From Alphaproteobacteria bacterium (lineage in GTDB: Bacteria; Pseudomonadota; Alphaproteobacteria; UBA6615): a stretch of 64,000 bases of DNA. The notes under the pieces were generated by a model, which was given only the letters and a program-made list of their open reading frames with translations, was not told the origin of the DNA and made no database searches. Shown one piece after another: positions 1 to 9,696 of the stretch. Each line of letters opens with the position of its first letter. Position 1 is the stretch's first letter. Both the position numbers and the translations under genes were made by a program. The DNA lies in the NCBI GenBank assembly GCA_965261585.1, contig CBDHDN010000041.1, positions 1,669 through 65,668 on the forward strand, read 5' to 3'.

Positions 1-150
1 CCTCTTCATTCCATGATCCTAGAGTTATTTACTGGACGGCCCGCAAACCGGCTCGCCCAGACGGTTGCGCTCAGCAGCGACCGCAACGTGAGATTTCCAG
101 CCGCGAGGTCACTGACAACACCAGGTTCCGGAACTAGTCGCGGGGATACG

Positions 151-615
151 ATGCAAGGATCGTCAATCAACCGCGTGGCCCGTTCGTTGCGGCGCCTTCG
201 CTTGGATACGGGCAGCGGCAACGGCGGCATCACGGATCGCTGGCGCAGCGGGACCGTGGCCACCGAAATGGCGTTCTTGGTGCCGATCCTCGTGATGTTC
301 ATCGCCTCGGCGATTCAGTTCGGGGCGCTGTTCTTTCTCCAGAACAAGATGACCGATGCGGCCCGTGCGGCGGCCCGCGCCCTGGCGCTGGGCGACGTTT
401 CGGCGTCGGAGGCGCAGCAGGTCGCGCTCGACCGTTTGGCCGGATGGGCGATGAGTTTCACCGTCCAGACCCAGGAGCCGGACCCCAGCAATCCCGCCGA
501 TCACGACGTCACCGTCGAAGTCACCGTACCCATGTCACAGGCAACACTGGTCGATATCCTCGACTTGTTTGGCGCCGGTGACATGACGGCGTCGGTGACG
601 ATGCGCAGGGAATGA
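151..615 (+). CDS. TadE/TadF-like Flp-pilus assembly protein
   Basis: ORF 13..615 with a likely ATG at 151. TadE-type N-terminal hydrophobic segment 'TEMAFLVPILVMFIASAIQFG'. Lies directly upstream of the TadG-like gene. Confidence 0.7.
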   Translation: MQGSSINRVARSLRRLRLDTGSGNGGITDRWRSGTVATEMAFLVPILVMFIASAIQFGALFFLQNKMTDAARAAARALALGDVSASEAQQVALDRLAGWAMSFTVQTQEPDPSNPADHDVTVEVTVPMSQATLVDILDLFGAGDMTASVTMRRE

Positions 616-618
616 CGC

Positions 619-1943
619 ATGCCACCGTGCGATGGGACAAAGCAACCGCGCCGGGTTTCCAGGGCCTTGGGCAAGAGATTTGCCCAAGACCAACGGGGAG
701 CGGTGTTGCTGATATTCGCACTGGTCCTGTTCATGCTTGCCGGCTTTGGCGCGCTCGCCCTCGACACGGCCTATCTCTACGCCCGCCAAAACAAGCTTCA
801 GACGACCGCCGACGCCGGCGCACTGGCGCGGCCAGTCAACTGCCGGATGTCGCCGAGACCACGGCGGTCGCGTTCGAGTTCGTGGCGAAGAGCATGCCGG
901 TCGCCAGCTACGGCGACGTTCTGGTCAATGCCGACGTCGTCGTGGGCACCTGGGATGCCGCGGCGCGGACGTTCGAGCCGGGCGGCGAATCGCCGGACGC
1001 CGTCAGAGTGGCAACCCGGTCGGCCGACGCGAACGGCAACCCGGCGGCTGCCTTTTTCGCCCAAGTCTTCGGCCATCGCAGCGTCGACGTGAGCGCCTCC
1101 TCCGTCGCCGGAATCGGCAAGCCGTTTTGCCTGTTGGCCCTCGCACCGGACGGCGAGGGAATCCGGGTCGATTCCAACTCCAACATCACTCTCAATGGCT
1201 GCTCGATCCAGGTCAACTCGGACGACTCGCTGGCGTTATCGACCTTCTCGAACGCAACCATCACCGCCGATTCCATGTGCGTGAACGGCTACTACAGCGG
1301 CGCACCCAGCAGCTATTCGCCGCTCCCCGATACCGGCTGTCCAGTCAAGCCGGATCTTCTGGCTGATTTACTGCCGCCGTCGTCTGCCGGCTGCGACTTC
1401 AACGACACCGTGCTCGATGGAAACGACTCCCACACGCTTTCGCCCGGTATCTATTGCGGTGGCCTTAGGGGTCGCAGCAACGTGACGATCACCTTGCTGC
1501 CGGGCATCTACATCATCAAGGACGGGCCACTCGATCTGGACAGCAACGTATCGATGAGCGGAACCGATGTGGGGTTTTACCTTACCGGCGCGGAAGCGAC
1601 GGTCGACTTCGACAGCAATACCCAGGTGAACCTGGCGGCTCCGACCTCCGGGCTGATGGAAGGGATCATATTTTTCGAGGATCGCGAGTCGCCGCTCGGA
1701 CGAATTCATCAGTTCGACAGCAACACCAACCAGCAATATGAGGGAACCCTCTATTTTCCGAGGGGTACCATCGATTTGGACAGCAACAGCTCAGGCGTCG
1801 GCACCGTCGACTTTACCGCGATCATCGCCGATCGCTTCCTGCTGGACTCGAACTCGACGCTCTATCTAAACGGAAATTTCGACGCCAGCAACGTGCCGGC
1901 CAGGTGCGAGCTCACCGGGCGCTGCGTGACGTTGCTGCAGTAG
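619..1943 (+). pseudogene. TadG-like pilus assembly protein, split across two frames
   Basis: N-terminus in ORF 619..1092 ('RGAVLLIFALVLFMLAGFGALALDTAYLYARQNKLQTTADAGALA'). It continues in the frame of ORF 612..1943 ('ASQLPDVAETTAVAFEFVAKS...'). The frame change is at about 826-833. Confidence 0.7.
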
Positions 1944-2131
1944 ATGCGCTAACCGTCGCCGCACTGGGCGACCACAGCGGCCATTCCTTCCTCGCTGACC
2001 CAACACGTAAGAACCGGTTACTCGTAGCCCCGCAAAAACTGCGGGGCTGAACTGCGCAAACGTCCCTGGTTCGGCCGCACCGGCGTGCTTAGGTAGTGCG
2101 CGTGACAGTCTAGCCTCAGGTACCCCTGAAG

Positions 2132-3118
2132 ATGTCTCTTGTCGCCGCCTCGCCGGGGCCCGCCTCGCCGGGGCCCGCCTCGGCCACCGCCCGCATTGTC
2201 CCCGCCGCCGCAGCCGCCACAGCCACTACCAACCGGGCGCGCGGCATCGTCTTCGCGGCGCTGGCGATCTCGCTGTTCGCGATCATGAATGCGCTGGTCA
2301 AGTGGCTGGCCGCCGACTACCCGGTGCCGCAGTTGCTGTTCTTCCGCAGCCTGTTCGCGTTCGTGCCGATCACGATCTTCCTGGCGCGCGCCGGCGGGCC
2401 GCGCCTGCTGCGCACCAGCCACCCCGGCCTGCACGTTCTGCGTGGCGTCATCGGCGTCGGCGCGACGCTGGCGTTCTTCCATGCCTTCGCCGTGCTGCCG
2501 CTGGCCGAGGCGACGTCGATCGGCTTCGCAATTCCGCTGTTCGTCACCATGTTGTCGGTGCCGATGCTGGGCGAGCAGGTCGGCTGGCGCCGGACGATCG
2601 CGGTCCTCGTCGGCCTCGTCGGCGTCCTCGTCGTTCTGCGGCCGGGCGCCGCGGCGTTCGAGCCGGCGGCGGCCATCGCGCTCGCCGGCGCCTTTGGCGC
2701 CGCGGCGACGATGCTGCTGAGCCGGCGGATGAGCCGGACCGACCACAGCGCCGGCATCGCCTTTCATTTCTCGCTGATCACCGTGGTGGCCAGCGGACTG
2801 ATGCTGCCGTTCTTCTGGGTCACGCCATCGCTCGTCGATTTGGCGCTGTTCGTCTGCGTCGGGCTGATCGGCGGGGCTGCGCTGATCCTGATCACCGAGG
2901 CCTATGCGCGGACGCCGGCCGCCGTCGTCGCGCCGTTCGAATACGGGCACATCCTGTGGGCGACGGGCCTGGGCCTGTTCGTCTGGGGCACGATCCCGGG
3001 CTGGAACGTCGCGCTGGGCGCCGCCATCGTCATCGCCAGCGGCCTCTACATCCTGCACCGCGAGACGACGCTGGGCGTGGCCAAGGGTGCCCCGGCGAAA
3101 ATGCACCCGCGCACCTGA
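2132..3118 (+). CDS. EamA/DMT-family transporter
   Basis: 328-aa ORF with about ten hydrophobic segments and two EamA-like halves ('LFAIMNALVKWLA...', 'VLRPG'). Confidence 0.85.
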   Translation: MSLVAASPGPASPGPASATARIVPAAAAATATTNRARGIVFAALAISLFAIMNALVKWLAADYPVPQLLFFRSLFAFVPITIFLARAGGPRLLRTSHPGLHVLRGVIGVGATLAFFHAFAVLPLAEATSIGFAIPLFVTMLSVPMLGEQVGWRRTIAVLVGLVGVLVVLRPGAAAFEPAAAIALAGAFGAAATMLLSRRMSRTDHSAGIAFHFSLITVVASGLMLPFFWVTPSLVDLALFVCVGLIGGAALILITEAYARTPAAVVAPFEYGHILWATGLGLFVWGTIPGWNVALGAAIVIASGLYILHRETTLGVAKGAPAKMHPRT

Positions 3119-3267
3119 GCGGCGTCCGAGGCGAACAGTCCGCGCCGCGCCATACCATCCTTGACCTTCCATCGGCTGAAGGCTCTATGCTCCCTGACAG
3201 TCAGCGGCTGCGCTGGGCGGCGGATTCGTCGGTGCCCCATGGCCGAAACATTGCCGGGTTGCCGAAC

Positions 3268-4371
3268 ATGAAGCGCCCCCGCCTGATCTTCCTCGTGCTG
3301 TTGATGGCGGGTGCCGTCAACTCGCCGGCGTCAGCCGGTTTTCATGGGGCCCGCGCCATCGGCCTTGACCTCGGTGCGGCGGCTGTTCCTGACGGAGCGG
3401 GTACGAATACGGCTCAGCTTGCGCCGCCCCGGGGCGAGATCATGACGCCGCGGCCCGATATGGCACCGCCATCCGGCGTGGTTGGCGGCATGAGCCCGCC
3501 GGCGGGCCGATTGATGCTCGCGCTCCGCTACATGCGGATGCGGATGGACGGCAACCGCGATGGCACATCCGACGTCGGCACGGCCGCGGTACTGGTGCGA
3601 TTTCCCGTGACGCCCGTGAGGATGGACGTCGACGCGGCCGTCCTGGGAGCAGCCTATGGAGTGACCGACAAACTGTTCGTCGCCACGGCCCTGCCCTATC
3701 TGCACAAGGAAATGGATCACAGAACGCGCGCCGGTGGATCGTTTACCACCCGCTCCGGCGGCCTTGGCGACGCCCGCGTCATGCTCGGCGTCACCGCCTT
3801 TGCGGCCGGTCGGCACACGTTGCGGATCACCGGCGGCATCCGCCTGCCAACCGGGTCAATCGACGAACGGGACGACACGCCCGCGGGGACAGATCAGCTG
3901 TTGCCATACCCAATGCAAAACGGGTCCGGCACCGTCGACTTCCTGCCAGCCGCGACCTACTCCGGCCGGGCGGCCGACTATTCCTGGGGCCTTCAGGGGC
4001 GCGCGGCGGTTCGCCTCGGCACGAACGATCGAAGCTATCGACTCGGCAACGCCTATCAGGCAACCGTGTGGGGCGCACGCAAATGGACCGGGTCGTTGAG
4101 CTCGTCCTTGCGGGTCATCGGCGAAACGCAGGAAAACATCGACGGCGCGGATCCGCGGCTCAACCCGCTGCAGGTCCCGACCGCCGATCCGAAACTGCGT
4201 AGCGGTGAGCGCGTCAGTATCGGCATCGGCGTCAACCTCGTCATACCGTCGGGGGCGCTGCGGGGCGTCGGCCTCTCGGCCGAGGGCATATTGCCGGTGT
4301 TTCAGGACTTGGACGGTCCGCAGTTGGAGCGCGACTACGCGATCGTCCTTGGCCTTCGCAAGGCCTTCTGA
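3268..4371 (+). CDS. outer-membrane beta-barrel protein (MetA-pathway/'transporter' family-like)
   Basis: In-frame ATG at 3268 gives the signal peptide 'MKRPRLIFLVLLMAGAVNSPASA'. Alternating beta-strand pattern, 'RLPTGS' motif and a C-terminal ...LGLRKAF ending in Phe. Confidence 0.6.
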   Translation: MKRPRLIFLVLLMAGAVNSPASAGFHGARAIGLDLGAAAVPDGAGTNTAQLAPPRGEIMTPRPDMAPPSGVVGGMSPPAGRLMLALRYMRMRMDGNRDGTSDVGTAAVLVRFPVTPVRMDVDAAVLGAAYGVTDKLFVATALPYLHKEMDHRTRAGGSFTTRSGGLGDARVMLGVTAFAAGRHTLRITGGIRLPTGSIDERDDTPAGTDQLLPYPMQNGSGTVDFLPAATYSGRAADYSWGLQGRAAVRLGTNDRSYRLGNAYQATVWGARKWTGSLSSSLRVIGETQENIDGADPRLNPLQVPTADPKLRSGERVSIGIGVNLVIPSGALRGVGLSAEGILPVFQDLDGPQLERDYAIVLGLRKAF

Positions 4372-4402
4372 TCCAGCGATCAGCGAACGCAATAAGCAAA
4401 TC

Positions 4403-4518
4403 GTCGGCGCTGGGCGCCGCCATCGTCATCGCCAGCGGCCGCTACATCCTGCATCGCGAGACGACGCTGGGCGTGGCCAAGGGCGGCCCGGCGAAGATGC
4501 AGCCGCGCACCTGAGCGG
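4403..4518 (+). repeat. degenerate second copy of the EamA gene 3' end (direct repeat of 3008..3122)
   Basis: About 115 bp aligns to 3008..3122 with about 7 mismatches, including the stop codon and 'ctgagcgg'. It would encode ALGAAIVIASGRYILHRETTLGVAKGGPAKMQPRT*. Confidence 0.85.
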
Positions 4519-4543
4519 AACCGGGCGGCGGCCCGGCCCCTGG

Positions 4544-7508
4544 CTATTCGGACACGGCGGCGACGGCCCGCGACAGGTTCTCTCGATACACGCCGCTGGC
4601 CGGCTCGATGGCCAGCGCCCGCTGCCACAACGCCGCCGCGCGATCGGCGCGACCGAGCGCCAATTGGATCGACGCGGCGGTGTCCAGCACTTTCGGATCC
4701 CGCCTGTCCACGGCGAGCGCCCGCTCGGCATACCTGGCCGCGCCGGTCGCGTCGCCCATTGTCATCCGCAACCAGGCGATGTTGTTGAGAACGAAGACGT
4801 TGTCCGGTGCCCGCGCCTCAAGGGTCCGCAAAGCCGTCAGGGCATCTTCGACTCGCCGTTGACCGATGTAGCGGTTCGATAGAACGAAGCGCACGGGATC
4901 GTCATTGGGCGCCTCGGCGAGCCAAGCCTCCAGCGTTTCGATCGACGCTTGCGCCAGCCCGGCGGCATGCTGGGCGTCGGCCAGAGCGACAGCCAGGTTG
5001 GACCACGGCGCCTGGTCCGCCGCGCGGGCGAGAAGCGACACCGCGTCGGCATGGCGGCCCTGGCGCAGCGCGTCGTAGCCATCGACCTCAGAGACAAATG
5101 GATGATCGGGCGCCGCCCCACGCAGCCTGGTCACCAGGGCAGCGACCCCGGCTCCGTCGCCATCGGCCAGCAGCAACCGGCCGAGCTCGAGCGACGCCCG
5201 TTCGTGGCCGGGATCGGCGGCCAGCGCAGCCCGCAGTCGAGCGCGCCTGAGCACCCGATTGCCGGCAAGTTCGTAGGCCCTGGCGAGCCCATACTGGGCC
5301 GGCGCAGAGCGTGGCAGCGCGGCGGCGAGCGGGCGCAGAACGTCGATGGCGCCCCGGGTGCGGCCAACGGCAAGCCGGCCGCGGCCGACGACATCGAGCA
5401 AGGCCAGATTACCGCCGTGATCGGCCAGGCGGTCTTCCGTCACCGCCAGCGCCTGCCGCGGTGTGCCGCGCAGCAGATAGAGCCGCGCCAAGGCGATGCG
5501 AGGGGCCAACGCAGCGGGCGCGACGGCGACCAGCTGTTCAAACCGGACCTCGGCGGCGGCCGCGTCGTTCGCACCGAGTTCGAGCTCGGCCAGCGAAAGC
5601 AGCAGATCGACATCGTGAGGCGCCGCGGCGAGGGCCGCTTCGAGGTGCGTGCGCGCGGTGTCGGTATCACTGCCGACAAGCAAGCTGGCGAGCAGCCGGG
5701 CGGCCGGGCGGCCGGGCCGTTTGTCGGATCGATCGACAAGGCTTCGCGGAGTTGGCGGCGCGCGGCTTGCGGCTGTCCGGTGCGCAAGGACGCGTATCCG
5801 GCAAGCATGTGACCCGTCGCGCTGCCCGGAGCATGCTCGATGAGCCGGTTCGCGCTGGCCAGCGCAGCGGTGTGGTCGTTTGCCTGGAGGTGCGGTCGTT
5901 TGCCTGGAGGTGCGCCATCGCCAACGCTGCATGGGCGCTGGCGTATGTCGGGTCGGTGCCGAGCGCCGCCTCGATGTCGTGCATGCCTTCCTCGACACGG
6001 CCGCGCGCCGCCTGGACGGCGCCAAGCCGGACTCGCAAGTCGGCGCGGTCGGGCTGCAGTGCGGCAAGGCGCCTGTAGTAGCTCTCGCCAAGCAGCAGAT
6101 CGCCGGCGCCAATCGCGGCATCGCCGATCACGCCGATCAAGGCGGTGTCGTCGACATTCAGACCGTCGAGCGGCCGCAGAACCGCCAGCGCCGCGTCCGC
6201 CTGACCGACCCGAAGCAGCGCCTGACCCAGCAGCCGCCGCGCCGTGCGGTGCCCAGGATCAGCAGCAACGACGTCGTCGAGATAGAGCACGGCGGTTTCG
6301 TAGTCCCGCGGTGCCACGGCCGTGGCGCCGCGCAGAAGCTTGGTGGGCAGATGCCCCGGCGCGCCGACAAGTGCAACATCCGCGTGCCTGGCGGCGGTCG
6401 GGTAGCCGCCCAACAGGTAGGCCGCGAGTCCGCGCAGATAGTTCGCGTTGGGATCCGCCGGCAGCTGCGCCAACCGCGGCTCGATCTCGGCAATCGCACG
6501 TTCGAGGTTGCCGCCGAGGATTTCCACCAATGCCAGCCCGAGGCGCGCGGACACGTTGCCCGGCTCGATCTGCAGCAATGCCCGATAGGCCGTCGTGGCC
6601 TTGCCATAGTTGCTGAGCCCTTGCTGCAGCTCGGCCTGCAGGGCCAAGACGCGCGGCGCGCCCGGCGTGCGCGCCGCGGCCGCGGTCAGGCGGGCCTCCG
6701 CCGTCGCCAGGTCACCGCTGTCAATTGCCAGGCGGGCCAGGCCGACCAGGGCCGCGACGTTCGCCGGGTCTGCCCGCAATGCATGCCAGAACGCAGCCCG
6801 GCTGCCGGCGATGTCGCCAATGCCCGCGAGGGCACGGCCGCGCAGGGCATAGACCAGCGGCCGGTCGTCGGCCAGCATCGGATCGTCGGGATGAAACGTG
6901 CCGAGCAGACGCTCATATTCGGCCAGCCGCAGCCACGCCTCGCCAAGCGGCGCAACCAGCCTGAACCGCTCGATGCCGTTCCGCTCGGCGCGCTGGAGCT
7001 CCTTTGCGGCGTCCGCGGCAGCATTCGCCTCCAGATAGGCCGCGCCCAGGCGCAGCCGCGCCTCGCCGTGCTTGGGCGCCGTCGTGACGGCGCCCTTCAG
7101 CGCGGCGATCCGCGTGGCGTGGTCGCCCTTGGCGGCCATTTGCGCGGCCATGTCGAGATAGTCCTGGACCAGCTCGGCGCGGGCCAGCTCGGCCCCGGCG
7201 TGCCAGCGCAGCGCGCTCTCGAGCGCCCCGATACTGCGGTGCAGGTCGTCGGCCGCGCGGAAGCCGGCGGCCTGGTCGACGAAGACCGCGGCGAGCAACG
7301 CGCGCGCGGGCTGATTGCCGGGCGCTTGCCGCACGGCGTTGCGAAGTTCGATGAGCGCCGATTCGACATCCCCCTGGGCGCGGAACGCCGCCGCGCGGTC
7401 GATCAACGTCGTCGTATCCACGGCGCGGCCGCAACCGGCGATCGCGACGGCCGCGAACAAGCCGAAGAGCAATAGGCGGCGCCGCCGCGCCAAGCCGGAT
7501 CGCTTCAT
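4544..7508 (-). pseudogene. prsT: PrsT-like PEP-CTERM-system TPR-repeat lipoprotein, disrupted by two tandem duplications
   Basis: Lipoprotein signal 'LLLFGLFAAVAIAGC' followed by TPR repeats throughout. The coding sense moves through three frames (ORFs 5667..7544, 5440..5808, 4544..6121), with the shifts at 5874-5913 and 5695-5710. Adjacent to a PEP-CTERM gene. Confidence 0.65.
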
Positions 7509-7571
7509 TGGCGGTGACCCCTGGGGTTGTCTGGATCGGTGCAAGCGACGGCTGGCGTCGTCGTGGTCAGG

Positions 7572-8825
7572 TCACGCCCGCCTGCGCCGGCGCGCCATGG
7601 CGCCAAGACCGGCCAGACCGAAGCCGAACAGGGCCAGCGTCGCGGGTTCTGGAACCACCGGCGGCGGCGCCTCCGCGGCGCCGACGCCGCAGCGGTTCCA
7701 GCGGACATCGTTGAACGTCACGGTCGAGCTGACAAACTGGGCGCAGCCCTGGCCGTTGTTGATGTTGATCTCGGTCGTGCCCTGGTCGCTGACGGTCAGC
7801 GTCGGGTCGCCGCCGATATTGACCAGATCCCACAGACCGATCCCGTTGAGTATGACGTTGTTGCCGTTGAAGACCTCGTCGCTGCTGTTGTAGCCGTCGG
7901 ATCCCTTGTAGAAGATAGCGCCCAGGTCACGCGGCGCGTCGCTGGCCGAACCGCCGCCGATGCCGCCGTCGCCGTCGCCCAGCACGATGCTGGAATCGCT
8001 CATGAGCATGTTGGTGTCGCCGAGGATCAGGAAGACCGCGAAAACGTCGTCGTCGCCCTGCAGGATCCAGTCGGAGTTGTTGATCTCGAAATCGCTGTTT
8101 CCCCCGTCGATGTTGATGTCGATAACGGCGATTCCGTCGTCGTTCGAGTCGATTGCGTTGAGGTCGGTGACACGAGGTCCAACACCGTCGATGCTGTTCT
8201 CGTACTCGATGTTGCTCGTGAGCGTGGTTTCCGCCGTCAGGCCGTCGATGAAGGCCTTCCAGTCGATGAGTTCGTTCTTCAAGTTGGTCGGATTGAACGC
8301 CGACACGCCGACCACCGGCATGGCGCCGAACGGCGTCGTCTGCTGGTCCTGAAACCAGAGCGTATTGCTTACGCTTTGATCGCAGGGCGCTGTCGCACAA
8401 TGCACGCCGAGGTCGGCATAGACGTCGATGTCGGACATGCTGAAGCGACCGGTACCGCTGGTCACGGCGACGTTGCCGCTCCAGTCGATACCCTCGAAGA
8501 CAGGCGCAGCCGGCGGCGGCGTGGCGTTCGCGCTACCTCCGCCCGCGGCCCAACGGGCCGCGAAGACGTCGTGCGTATTGGGGTCGGACGAGGACAGGAA
8601 CTCCTGGTTCGCACCAAGTTCGTTGGAGCTGTTCACGTTGACGGCGTCGCCGTTCGTCTGGCTCTTCATGCCGACGATCAGGTATTTGCGGATTTCCTCG
8701 CTATCGGGAAAGAGCTCGGCGTTGGCCTGTCCGGCGGCGCTCAAGGCCAGCAGCGACGTTGCTGCCAACAGGAAGAGCTTACGTCCGGATCGGCGTCGTC
8801 CGTTCGTTCGCGCTACAACGTTCAC
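7572..8825 (-). CDS. PEP-CTERM sorting-domain secreted protein
   Basis: GTG start preceded by GAGGGGGG. Signal peptide ending ...AGQANA. C-terminus 'VPEPATLALFGFGLAGLGAMARRRRRA' has the VPEP motif, a TM helix and an Arg cluster. Confidence 0.85.
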   Translation of the reverse strand: MNVVARTNGRRRSGRKLFLLAATSLLALSAAGQANAELFPDSEEIRKYLIVGMKSQTNGDAVNVNSSNELGANQEFLSSSDPNTHDVFAARWAAGGGSANATPPPAAPVFEGIDWSGNVAVTSGTGRFSMSDIDVYADLGVHCATAPCDQSVSNTLWFQDQQTTPFGAMPVVGVSAFNPTNLKNELIDWKAFIDGLTAETTLTSNIEYENSIDGVGPRVTDLNAIDSNDDGIAVIDINIDGGNSDFEINNSDWILQGDDDVFAVFLILGDTNMLMSDSSIVLGDGDGGIGGGSASDAPRDLGAIFYKGSDGYNSSDEVFNGNNVILNGIGLWDLVNIGGDPTLTVSDQGTTEININNGQGCAQFVSSTVTFNDVRWNRCGVGAAEAPPPVVPEPATLALFGFGLAGLGAMARRRRRA

Positions 8826-9088
8826 TCTACCCCCCTCGGAGATCGTGCATGACGCCGAGGAGCCAGTTTCCGTGGCTTGTTACATGCAAGCGACATGCCA
8901 GTGGCGGCCCATCCAGGCTTTGCAAATGATTTCAAGCGGCTGGCTCGCCGGCCGGCCGGGGGGCGCGTGGCAACTGTAAGAAACACAGACATGGGCTTGG
9001 GGACGAATCCGGTGGTTGGGCGCCGCTGGCGGACGCCCAGGCTCGTTGATGACAGTCTGATTGTGTAAGGAATCCCGACAGATTGGAT

Positions 9089-9658
9089 CTAGTCGGCGGC
9101 AGCCGTGACGGCCGGCCCGACAGCCAGCGGATAGCGCGCCTCCGGCGTGTAGACGGCGCCGTCCTTGCCGAGCATGCTGGAGAACAGCGTGAAGTGCTCG
9201 ACCGTGAAGGGGCCGAGCCGCAGGGCACCGAGGTCGGCGAGGATCGGCGCAAGGCGATCGGCCGGCGTGGCCCTGAGCCGCGCCAGGGTCACATGCGGGT
9301 GGAACTTGCGGCCCTCCGGCGCCAGGCCCGTGCGCACCAGCGCGCTCTCGATCTTGGCCTGCAGCTGCGCGAGCGCCGACGACGCTCCGACACCGATCCA
9401 CAGCACGGCCGCGCGGCCGCCGCGAGCCGAAATGCCCGACGCCGGCGAGGCATAGCTGGAAGGGGCCGGCGCCGCGACGCGCAACAGCGCATCGTCGATG
9501 TCCGCCGCCACATCGTGATCGACCTCGCCGATGAAGCGCAGCGTCAGGTGTACGGCATCGCCGTCGAGCCAACGGGCGCCGGCCAGGTTATAGGAAATGC
9601 GGGCCAGCCGGTCGCGCACCTGCTCGGGCAATTCAACGGCTACGAACAGGCGGATCAT
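9089..9658 (-). CDS. thpR: RNA 2',3'-cyclic phosphodiesterase (2H family)
   Basis: 189 aa from MIRLFVAVELP. Carries the two HxT/S motifs 'HLTLRF' and 'HVTLAR'. Confidence 0.85.
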   Translation of the reverse strand: MIRLFVAVELPEQVRDRLARISYNLAGARWLDGDAVHLTLRFIGEVDHDVAADIDDALLRVAAPAPSSYASPASGISARGGRAAVLWIGVGASSALAQLQAKIESALVRTGLAPEGRKFHPHVTLARLRATPADRLAPILADLGALRLGPFTVEHFTLFSSMLGKDGAVYTPEARYPLAVGPAVTAAAD

Positions 9659-9696
9659 GGCCGGCGCACTCCCCAGGGCCCGTGCTCCAGCCGACG

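Noticed and set aside
2026-2048. Perfect 9-bp stem hairpin AGCCCCGCA-AAAAC-TGCGGGGCT after the TadG-like gene as a terminator (a similar weak hairpin lies at 20441-20455 between secB and dnaQ)
   Set aside because: Neither hairpin has a U-tract on either strand. They may be terminators in this GC-rich organism, but the sequence alone does not support the call.
2018-3172. Long Arg/Gly/Pro-rich ORFs antisense to or overlapping real genes (for example 2018..3172-, 2302..3267+, 13556..15097-, 25244..26626-, 35858..37126-, 49635..51713+, 52594..54108+, 56250..57263+)
   Set aside because: These are typical shadow ORFs of high-GC DNA. They have low-complexity R/G/P/A composition and no recognisable motifs, and each overlaps a gene with clear family signatures on the other strand or frame.
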